This document shows, piece after piece, positions 10,814 through 21,040 of a DNA stretch of 64,000 nucleotides. The DNA comes from Ostrea edulis (lineage: Eukaryota). The first letter of the stretch is position 1. The number at the start of each line of letters is the position of its first letter. The notes beneath the pieces are model-generated. The model searched no databases. It saw only the letters and a list, made by a program, of their open reading frames with translations, and was not told where the DNA came from. A program made the translations under genes and the position numbers. The stretch is taken from assembly GCF_947568905.1 (NCBI RefSeq), contig NC_079166.1, forward strand, positions 38,502,001-38,566,000. The letters are read 5' to 3'.

Positions 10814-11206
10814 GAGAATCACGGAATAGACGCTATACATTTTATTCCGTGATAATATTTCGATATTGAAATTGTGTAGTTTATAATTTTTTATTTGTAT
10901 TTAACGGAATAAACGCTATACTAAAATTTTCCTAATATTATATAAATTGAAACACACTATGAAAAGGTTTACCCCGTAATATTATATTTAGAGATTTAGT
11001 TGGCCAGTTAGCATTAATTTTATTTCCTTTTGGGGGGTGGGTGGATCAAGGAATAAACGCTATACGGTTTATTCCGTCACATTATTTAGAGATTAAATTG
11101 GGCAGCTAATAATTTTTTGTTTGTTTAAATCACGGAATAAATGCTGTACTCAAATTTTTCCCAGTATAATAAATATTACATTTAAGTAAGGGGGGGGGGG
11201 GGGGGG
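10733..11206. repeat. Second internal tandem duplication (~260 bp) with poly-G tracts
   Basis: TTTAGTTG(A/G)CCAGTTAGCATTAATTTTAT starts at ~10735 and ~10996; G42 at 10771-10812 and G17 at 11190-11206. Confidence 0.8.
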
Positions 11207-11304
11207 CGCTGCATGAAAACTGCATTTTGGTTGAAGGCTGCATCAACGCTATATTTAAAAATTTCGTGCGGCGGGAATTTATTAATCAATACCACGACAG
11301 CAGA

Positions 11305-11526
11305 ATGTCATCACGCAACAGACACATTCACGAATCTTGGATGGCCATTCCAGATGTTGTAGGACCAGCGGCACAATGGCCAATACTGGTGCGGCGATTA
11401 TTTTGGACCCCCTGTTTAAGTCATTGGGAGAGGTTGTTGATATGTACATTTGTTTACGTTAACGGGTTAAACCCAGTGATGTTCATTGAATGGGCAACAT
11501 TGCAATTTAGTACGAAAACAAATTAA
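11305..11526 (+). CDS. Small ORF of unknown function inside the TIR element, probably C-terminally truncated
   Basis: MSSRNRHIHESWMAIPDVVGPAAQWPILVRRLFWTPCLSHWERLLICTFVYVNGLNPVMFIEWATLQFSTKTN*. It is protein-like and more GC-rich than its flanks, and ends 4 bp before the right TIR. Confidence 0.45.
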   Translation: MSSRNRHIHESWMAIPDVVGPAAQWPILVRRLFWTPCLSHWERLLICTFVYVNGLNPVMFIEWATLQFSTKTN

Positions 11527-11989
11527 TAAATAACGTCAACAACGTCAAATATTATTCGCTCCGCGGAGCGAATAACAGGATAATGCCTATTTACATTTGC
11601 AACTGTTTTCTCCTACATAACACTATTACGAGCAATACGTATTTATTTCTGGATAAATCTACTACGGGGTCAACAGAGGTCACGGCTGTGCGTATGAACA
11701 TTTGTTAAAAGTAGGTAACAGGTACAACTTTTACTAAGGCAATACACATCTAGCAATCGCTCTCACTTACTACAGAAATCTTTCAATAGATGAAATCAAC
11801 ATCACAAAATGTATTTACGGTTTTATTTGTATTCCAAGCAGTGGACTTTCATCAATAATTGATAAAAGCATTTCTGTAAACAATGTCTTTAGTTACTAGC
11901 CTACTAGGCCTAATGTATGTCTAAAATTTCGTCTGCTACAACTTCACCCTGGTCATCGGTGATGCGGAATTGTACCTACTGCTAGACGA

Positions 11990-12929
11990 TGACATTAGGC
12001 TTTAGCAAAAAGGTCATTCACAGGATGTATGGGCGATAAGTCGTCAAAGTGCATTAAGACCTACACACCACACTGCTTCCGTGCCACAGCAGCCATAGTG
12101 CTTGATGTCGGTTTCCAAGTTTATGTCGGGACATCGAAGCGAGGCGTCGTTAAAAACCTATTACAAAAAATTATCGAGTCAAAAGAAGCGTTCAGTGAGC
12201 TCATGTTTATCAACAATTACATATCCAAATCCAAACCGTCCCTTACCTTCGTGCAGTTCCACATTCTCTGCGATGTTCAGTTCTTTCCGGAGATTCATCT
12301 GAGCTGCGTCCTCTGTCCTGTCTATAAATGATTTGCCTACACCTGACGACTGCCGCCCTGTTCTTCATGTTCCTCCATCTCAGTCTTCTGTTAACTCCGT
12401 AATATCCACAGAATATCTTTCAAAGTCGGTCTTCAACGTCTTCACTTTTCAAAAGTCAAAGCGCATCACAACTCTAAGTGTAACACTGCGCATTCCCGTT
12501 TAAATCATAATTCCCCCACCCCCTAAAATTAGACATATGGAAGAGTTTTCCATTATATACTCCCGAGTTAATATATAAGTATATGTTGATATACTTGCTT
12601 TCTAGCGTCTTAATAATTAAAACAGTTCTTCATTTTATAGAACTTTGTTTTGTGTTGTCGTCATTTTGAACATCTATGACGCTTCGTTGTGGATGTCAAC
12701 AATTTGAAATGTATGGAAACGTGTTGTTAACACAATTCAGCAATGTTACCGACCAAAAATGTAAATATAAGTAATAAGGTATCATTTTAAAATATTTATC
12801 GGGATATAAATACGGGTTGGTACATGATCAAATTTTCCATAAAGCCCTTCGGGCTTTATGGAATTTGATCACGTGACCAACCCGTATTTATATCCCGATA
12901 AATATTTTTAAATGATACCTTATTTCTTA
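11990..12929 (+). mobile_element. Crypton-type tyrosine-recombinase transposon remnant with terminal hairpin
   Basis: Frameshifted motifs YTPHCFRATA (HxxR) and MSGHRSEASLKTY (GH...catalytic Y), followed by a Ser/Pro-rich tail and a ~162-bp near-perfect palindrome at 12768-12929. Confidence 0.7.
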
Positions 12930-14324
12930 ATAAAATATTAAAATATTTAACATGATTAAATGAACAATGCTTGATATATCTAAGGGTAATGGTTGAAATT
13001 GACTTCTTCGAAACAGGTTGTAAATTTTTGCAACCGCGGTCTTAACTCAGAAATAACAAAAAATCATGCAAATAAAAATAAAACCGTATTTTTAAAAAAT
13101 CTAATCTTTGAACAATATCAACAGCGTTTTATTTTTTACTTTTTTCTCAAACTTGCAGCGACTGGTAAATTGATTTTCATTGATATGAAGAAAGCGCATC
13201 AAACAAAATTTAGTTCACTTGTATAGGTGAAATATTCATGAACATTTCTTATGGAATTCATGAGTTAACACTTTTGGACATGAATTTTGAAATGTTTGTA
13301 AATTTGACTATGATCAATGTTATTTCATCTGCAGTTCTCTTAAGGTATTCAATGTATAATGACTATATTTCATATCTAATAAATGGATGGTGGAATATTT
13401 GTAATCATGGTATCATTTTGAAGGGTTCATCAAATAAAAATAACCCACGGTAGGAATTTTCTAAATTTTGTTTACTGCTTGATATATTTCACCTAGAATT
13501 TAACATTGAAGTATATGGGAAAAGCATCTTTTATTACAATATTTTAAAAGCAAATTATATATTCATACTAATCTCTTGGTAGAAAGTTACATACACTTTC
13601 TTTTTATGAAAATATGAAATAAAATTAATCATTGACCACACACATTTTTAGAAAATTAGATTTTTCTTATTTTTACAAAGGGCAGACAACTCTTCCAAAA
13701 AGTCTTAAGTGCAAAAAGGTCAGCTTCTAATCATTTACCAGTCATGTGAATTTCATCTGCTTCACTTCCATCATTATTTAACAATAAAGTTTTATGTTGA
13801 TCTAAATCCTTCAAAATTGTTCATTATCCTTTCATTATACATGGAATACCTTAAAGTTTATCGAGAAATCTGCTTAAATAATTTTAAAGAGAGGTAACCC
13901 ATTATAAATGCACGGTGAAGAAAAAGCATTATGGTATTTGTAGAAAAATGTAAATGTAAAGGAGAAATATGCAGATATTGGAAACATGCAAACAACCGTC
14001 CAATTTACATCAAGCACATGTATATATACTGTGCAACACGATTGTTATGTTAATGAGACGGCCCAGACATTCTAGTAACCACTAGGATTACAATGCCCCG
14101 AGCTCCGTACTTGACCTTCATTTGCTACCTGTACCAGTACTTAATTTATCTTAGTGTCACTACATAATTTACCTCAAAACATACCTATCATGGCGGCATT
14201 ATGTTGTACTGCGGACTGATGTTTAGATTGTTAAAATGAGCATGATGACATTTAGTGGTGAGATTAAAGAGAAGTAGTACTTAATAAATAGGGGTTAAAT
14301 TTGTAATTATCTGGAGGCCACCGT

Positions 14325-14790
14325 TAATGGGCGACCGCTATGTAATTCATATGCATGCATATGTAAGCTGCCACTTGATTTAACTGGCGATCGCCATTTA
14401 TTATCTGGCGGCTGTAACTTATTATCAGGCGGTCACCACTTATTTAACAGGCGGCCGCCACTCAGTTTAGATAGTGACCGCTACTTAATTCATTTGGCGA
14501 CCTCTACTTAATTCAGATGGCGGTCGCTAGTTAATTTAGATGACGGCGCTACTTTATTTAAATGGCGACCGCTAGGTGATTTAAATGGCGGCCGCCACTT
14601 GATCTAAATGGCGGCCGCTAGGTGATTTAAATGGCGGTCGCTAGGTGACTTAAATGGTGGCCGCTACTTCATTTAAATGGCGGTCGCTAGGTGACTTAAA
14701 TGGCGGTCGCTACTTGATTTACATGGCGGCCGCTAGGTGATTTAAATAACGGCCGCTCCTTTATTTATCAGACGGCTGTCACTTATGTAC
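14325..14790. repeat. 23-bp minisatellite, about 20 copies
   Basis: Unit GGCGGCCGCTAGGTGATTTAAAT with starts at 14564, 14587, 14610 and 14633; degenerate at both edges. Confidence 0.9.
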
Positions 14791-16965
14791 CTGGCGTTTC
14801 TCTCTTATATCCCCTTTCCAAAAAGAAAGGGAGTGCAACTCCTTTACCCCCCCCCTCTCTCTCTCTCCAGTAATTAGTAATACGTGTGTGCTTTACAATT
14901 ACGAGCATCATCTTTAGTCGCTTTTACTGTCAATTTACAGAGTTATTTATGTGGATGTTCATGATATCAAATGTCGACAGATAGATGTGCACACGAGAAA
15001 ATATATCCAACAGAAGAATTTCTGAATTCCCCGATTTACACCTCCGTTTTTCTAGGATTAAATCTCAATAACCATTGTTGAGACAACACGTCAAGTTTAT
15101 GTAAATCAATCAATTGTACAATGTAGTTGGATAGTTTAAATATTTGTAGAAAAATGCATTAAGAGCGATAGCAGGCGTATAGTCTACAGATACTTTTCAG
15201 GTTTTCAGCTACATCATAGACATACATATATAACAAATTGAGGTTGGATGGGGGCGGTACAAATGTAACAAGCCAGCCTAAGGAATTTTTCTGGCACCAT
15301 ATTTGATACTCCCTTGTTACGGTGGGAGATGACGTCTCATCTTGTCTTTTTACGGTAAATGTACAAATGTTTTATTAAATTATGGTTAGTTTCTTAAGAT
15401 GTAATATCACATATAGATTTGTTAGTACATGTACATATTTTTACATTTATTGTTACGTGTTTGCATTATGTATTTCTATTATGACTCAGGGACACTTTCT
15501 TGTCATCCGTATTGTATTTTCAACGCGGGTGCATAATGTAAAAATGGATGTTTTTTCTAGTCAAACATTTTTTACTGAACCGACGCTTTTTGGCATAGTA
15601 TTGTCCCTACTCTATTTATTCCAACTGTATTATTTGACTGTGTATTTGAATAAATGACCATTCTTATTTCTTTAAGGTGGTTGTTACTGTTTTGATTTCA
15701 CAGGCTGAAAAACATAAAACTAATTATAGAGGACCGAATACAGACCCTTGAAGAACTCCAGCATGTAAAAATATTTAATTGGACATGGCATTTCGATGTA
15801 TAACTATTTGACTTCTGAAATTCAAATAATTTTCAAACCATTGTTGTAAATGACCACTAACACCACGCGACTTTAACTTAAAAAGAACTCCCTTATGCCA
15901 CACACGGTCAAATGCTTTTGACAGATCGCCAAAACAAAAAAAACCCTGCAACAATGTTTTCCCTCATCAATGGCTGTAGATAAACAATCATATGTCGCAA
16001 TAAACTGATACGCAGTCGAATGTCCAGTTAAGAAACCAGCCTGATATTTGTAAAAAGACCTTTTGAATGAAAATGATTGTCAACATATTTGAAAATAAGA
16101 CGTTCCATAATTTTGCCTACACAACTTAACAATGACACAGGTCAGTAATTGGAGAGGTCTGCTGGGTCATCTTTTTTAACAATGGTAATATATTAATAAT
16201 CTTCCATTGTTTAGGAAAAAGCGGTCCTTCAAAGACCGCTTAAACAGAACACACATAGAAAATGAGACTAAAAATAGTGACTTTTAACATTTTATGGCTA
16301 ATACTTCATGTATGTGGTCGAATTGCCTTGTTGGCAGGAAGAACGGAAATGATATCAATGATATCTTGTTTCACAACTGCAATTCTATTGAATATAGTTT
16401 TATAAAATAAGGAACATTCTGAGAGAGTGGGTTCGTTGTCAATTGAAGATGAAATAGATACAAAATAATTATTTTTGGCCTCAACCTTATCGAATTCGCT
16501 GAATTGATATGCAAGTTGCCATTTTCTTTAACAACCTGTAGAGGGGGGTGTGTGTTTCGATTTGAAAACATCTTTCAAGTGTTTCCAATAAATTTTGTAA
16601 CCTTTGATACTTGCGTCGATAAGACTGGTCTCTATATTATTATAATACTTTGCCATAGTTATTTTTTTCCACATTGTTAACTTTGTTACAGCAGTTTTAA
16701 ATAAATAAATAATTTAAATCTCAGTTCTTTTTTAATTTATCTTATCTTTTTTATTTTTGCGTTATTTCTCACGCGGTTTCATGAATGAATTATTTTTACG
16801 CTTTGCCAAATTAAATCAAGGGATATCTTTTGGTCTTATAGTATCGCTTACCAGAACTGGGTCAATGAAACTGAGCGTGTTCGTGTGCGCTGTGAGTCGT
16901 ATGCGTCAATGAGAGTGTTCGTATGTGTTTTGTGGTTCTCGAAGCCTCATTGATTGTGTTTTTAA

Positions 16966-17235
16966 TGATTGATTGATTGATTATATATTGTTTAACGCCC
17001 CTCTGGAGAATCTTTCACTCCTGTGGAGACGTCACCATTGCCGATGAAGGGCTGCAAAAGTCAGGCTCATACTCGATGCTTATAGCCATTGATCAGAGAG
17101 GGATCTTTATCGTGCAACATCTGTTGTGACATGGGACCTCGGTTTTTATGGTGTCACCTGAAGGACCGCCTCATTTAATCGCCTTTTAAGACAAGCAAGG
17201 GGTGCAGAGGACCTATTCTAACCCGGATCTCCACA
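16966..17235 (-). mobile_element. SINE with non-tRNA head and Nin/Meta-like core
   Basis: The reverse strand reads GGAGATCCGGGTTAGAATAGGTCC...GCACGATAAAGATCCC...(ATCA)n. TSD ATTGTGTTTTTAA at 16953-16965 and 17237-17249. Confidence 0.85.
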
Positions 17236-17281
17236 GATTGTGTTTTTAAAGGAATACTTTATGAGTATTGTATTTCCTTAA

Positions 17282-17488
17282 CTACGTATGTCCTTGGAAA
17301 TTTAGGACATTTATATTGAAGTCACTTATAATTATTATTTTGTTAAGAGCTGGACGGACTTTCATTATACTTAAATGTTTACAATGACATTTTATACTTT
17401 TAGTAAAATACAATACCATTTTCCGTGAATTTGACATCAGATATTCGCTAACAGAAGTGAAGTGCTGAGAACCTCTCCACTGACACAT
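17282..17488 (-). mobile_element. Degenerate LINE APE-endonuclease fragment
   Basis: IIIISDFNINVL resembles the GDFN motif of LINE APE domains, and VLYFTKSI resembles the upstream GVA.Y motif; no intact ORF. Confidence 0.4.
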
Positions 17489-18456
17489 CTACAAAATTAG
17501 TCTTTTGCAAGTTGCACACACTTGACATTACATATTCATGATTGCAAACCTGACTCAACCACATATGTTGGCAATTACTTTTAAAAGTAAACATTAATCT
17601 TCGTAAATTGACGTAAATGCAGAATTAAAGTTTAATATTAAAGGTTGGCATGAAGTTTGCTCGATTAATATTTAAAGTGGTTTAATGAGACAGTAATTTG
17701 ACTTCATCAGGGCCTTCGATTCCTGTTTAGATTATATAAAAAAAAAAATCCTTAAGTAGCCGTGTCTTTTAACATCATCTGATGACACTGAACAATTTAT
17801 GTATGTTTATACAGAATATATAAGACTTTGTCTGCCCTCCTTGATGTTCACCCCAATCAATATTGTACATGTATATTTATATCACTTTCTCTCATTCATG
17901 TCTATATTATATGTACATATGTCTGATGCATTTTAGTATATGTGTACAATTGTAGATTTGAGTATCTGTGTAAAATTTTAGAGTGTAATTTAATCACCAC
18001 TAGTAGTGATCTGACAGAAAATAAATGAACTAGAGTTAAATACTACAAATTTCAAATTTGAAGAGGCGTTGGTTGTTACAGTTAAAGCACGCATCCCTAC
18101 AGCTGTAGCGCAGACAAATAGCTCTAATCACCTAAACCGGGTTTAAATATAATCAGGTCATTGATACCAGGAAATGTCATAAGTTAGATGTAGTGTTCTT
18201 AACATTCAAATTGCATGTTGATTATTTTTATCATCATTGCATACAACACACTACGTGTAAAATAGGGTTACGGTTATTAAGGTATAGATATTCAATGCAC
18301 CGATATATAGATAACACAGAAGAAAAAACAAAACAAAACTACAAATGAAAAAAGCAAAACATTCACCTCTTCAGTAAAAAAAGAAGCGGAATATGATATT
18401 TAAAAAGTGATAACATGTATCCACGACATGGATTGCGTCCCCTTATTCGTATACAA

Positions 18457-18680
18457 GGGGGCGTGTTTTACAAAAGAACTTACGACTTACGACAAAACTT
18501 TACATACTGGAATTTTCCGGTTTATTGTAAGGTCATTCACTCCAAATGCAAAATATTTTTTTTTTAAATGTTGAAAATTAAGCCTCCGAAAAGTTTTACT
18601 TCATTCACTTAAAGTAATAACTTTGTAATACAACTTAAGACTTGCGACTTTGCCGTAACTTGTTTTGTAAAACGGGCTCC
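18457..18680. mobile_element. MITE, possibly PIF/Harbinger-like
   Basis: Imperfect ~29-bp TIRs GGGGCGTGTTTTACAAAAGAACTTACGAC / GCCGTAACTTGTTTTGTAAAACGGGCTCC; TSD not clear. Confidence 0.55.
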
Positions 18681-19595
18681 AGGTTTATTTGAATGTATAT
18701 ACTTATAATACACGAGTGCATTTCATTTTATGTGGTTTATTTCTATCTACCTACAGCTGTTGACCTCTCTCTAGAGGAGTGGAAATTTCTTGAATGGGAC
18801 GTAAAAGAACATACCCACAAATCAACAGTGCGCTGAGAAATACAGCGGGCAGTGTCCTAATTAATGTATATAATTATGTAATTGTTATAATTACGATACA
18901 ATGAAATACATCGATCACTGTCATAATTATTGTATATAATTATACAATTGTAATAATTACGATGCGAAGGAACACAGTGGGCAGTGTCATAATTATAATT
19001 ACAACTTCTTTGCAGATACAACACACCATCTTTTAATATGTATTTGATATCATTACACATGTATATACATATTTTCATTATTTCAATCGGTAAGAAATCT
19101 TTCAATTGAATTTAATATATCACGTTTGTAGGGGGCGAAATTTCAATTTACGACATCTATTCTAGAATAGGGAGGAATCATTCAACGTCAACACCTACTC
19201 TTGTTTTGAAGGACCTGCATTTGTTAAAAGGACAACGATTGTTGTTTAAGTCTTATTGATGTCTCTCAGATGATTTATAAAGGAAACGCATGTAATATAA
19301 AAATGGCATAAGCCTCTTGTTGCTCGGAAACACGTAATTTGTTAGCAATGTGAAGTATTTTGTTCTCTTTATGAAGAGAGTGCGGGGAGTGTATGATATC
19401 AGCTGGCTCAAGAGGGTCGATCTGAACAGCATTGGTGTATATTATAGTATAGAAATCTAATATGTCATGGTGAAAATATTTTTATATTTATTATGCATAC
19501 GTTGTCACAGGCTCTCAACGTTTTGAATATATATAGTAAACATGTCCTCCTGTAAACAAACTATGAATACTTTGTTTACAGGACGACAATTACTT

Positions 19596-19601
<6 letters not shown>

Positions 19602-19638
<37 letters not shown>
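19602..19638. repeat. (TA)n microsatellite
   Basis: Direct reading. Similar tracts at 25381-25427 and 43761-43804, and (CT)n at 41382-41435. Confidence 0.95.
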
Positions 19639-19639
<1 letters not shown>

Positions 19640-20874
19640 CACCGAGAGCACGTGGACGTCAAATTAGTACCTGCCAGTCGAGTTACATAATTTGAATGTA
19701 AACTAGGAACATGCACAAACAAACGAAACTCTAGACAAACAGGATTTTAAGTATCCCCCATGCATGTACATGAACAAACCCGACTTCGTTTCTTTTTTTT
19801 CTGAGAATAAACTAGTTGGCAATCGTGTCATTTTTGCGCACTGACACTTCGTCCCGTGAGTCTGAATCGATGGCATCCTGTCCCCAGGGGATCACACACT
19901 GAGAAAACGAAAGTTAAAGCCCTAAATCAAGTCACATGTTATCTTCTTTTATTCATGGATCGAGCTACATCTATAAATCATTTGTAAAAGCGAAAGTGTG
20001 GACTCTAAAAATGGTATATATTTCACTGTCAAACAGTACTGTCGAAAACAGTACACAAGTTTATATTTTTAAAAATGTTTTTCACAGACACCGCTCAAGC
20101 AATACTTCTCCAATAACGCGTGGATGATTTCTTGTAATTAATCATAAAAAAGCCAAAATATTTCCCCCTTTATAATTGATCACTTGCGACGAAATTGAAT
20201 AATTGTCGGCACGCGTCACCAGAGAATTTTGATACGTATCGTAGAAACGAGGGGCGTCGACACGCACTGTTTTGCCGGGGTTTTGAAGAAGTTGAAAGCC
20301 AGCACTCGTACTGCCTGGAGGATCCTGCTTAAGAAATTATTTGTAAACGCCCACCTAGAGAGCAACGGACATTTTACTGTCCGATGTAACTTGATACTGT
20401 GATAGTTTATGGGAGTGTCCCTTAAACTCTCCACAAACAAAAGGGGACATACTTTTCGATACCGCGTTTATCAATATTCTGATTTTGTGGATCACATTAC
20501 CTGGAGCAATAAACCTTATCTCAGCACACATGCAACTTAAGTCAACACTCTAAGTCTGTTCTGTGATTTATACAAACCTCACTTATGAAAGCGGCTCATT
20601 AACAAAGGTAGGTCATTTAATATACCTGTATCTTAAAAATAATTATGCACTCCTACGTTAACAATTGGAATCCGGTTTGAAAAGGAAGGAAAATAAATTA
20701 GTCTTGGTGTCTTTGTACCTGATATGTGTTAAAACTGCTTCAATGTGACTCTTACTCATCTCCCGTCAGTCTGTCCTCAGCCCGCAAGATATCAAATTTG
20801 TTATTTCTGCAAACTTCCCCGTGTTATTTATCGAATCACTTCTCATGGTACAGCTTCGTCTTTTTTACAGAGAT

Positions 20875-21040
20875 ATGTCAGGAATGGAGATATCTAGTAA
20901 AAGAACTTTTGGATTATTCTTCGTGATTGTGATAAAGTGTTCAAATTGTCAGGAGTTCGTGACAGATGCCCCTAAACCTTCTGAGATAGATGGGGCCACG
21001 ACCGATTTCGTAAGCGGGGCGGAAAATTCCTCGTCATTAG
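20875..21040 (+). CDS. Predicted first coding exon (signal peptide) of the adhesion GPCR
   Basis: Acceptor TTTTTTACAG at 20870; MSGMEISSKRTFGLFFVIVIKCSNC-QEF...; the phase-1 donor G|GTAGGA joins to 28277 to give ...SSL-D-PCSN, the usual start of this Cys domain. An upstream non-coding donor lies at 20607. Confidence 0.65.

Larger units (their letters stand above)
8756..11587. mobile_element. 2.8-kb foldback-like TIR DNA transposon derivative (GG...CC termini, 8-bp TSD; Merlin- or MULE-like signature)
   Basis: Perfect 57-bp TIRs at 8756-8812 and 11531-11587, TSD TATTTACA at 8748-8755 and 11588-11595, and internal tandem repeats. No transposase was recognised. Confidence 0.9.

Noticed and set aside
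10637-10840. Poly-Pro ORF, and the IYIYIY ORFs at 25330 and 43629
   Set aside because: They are translations of poly-G and (TA)n simple repeats.
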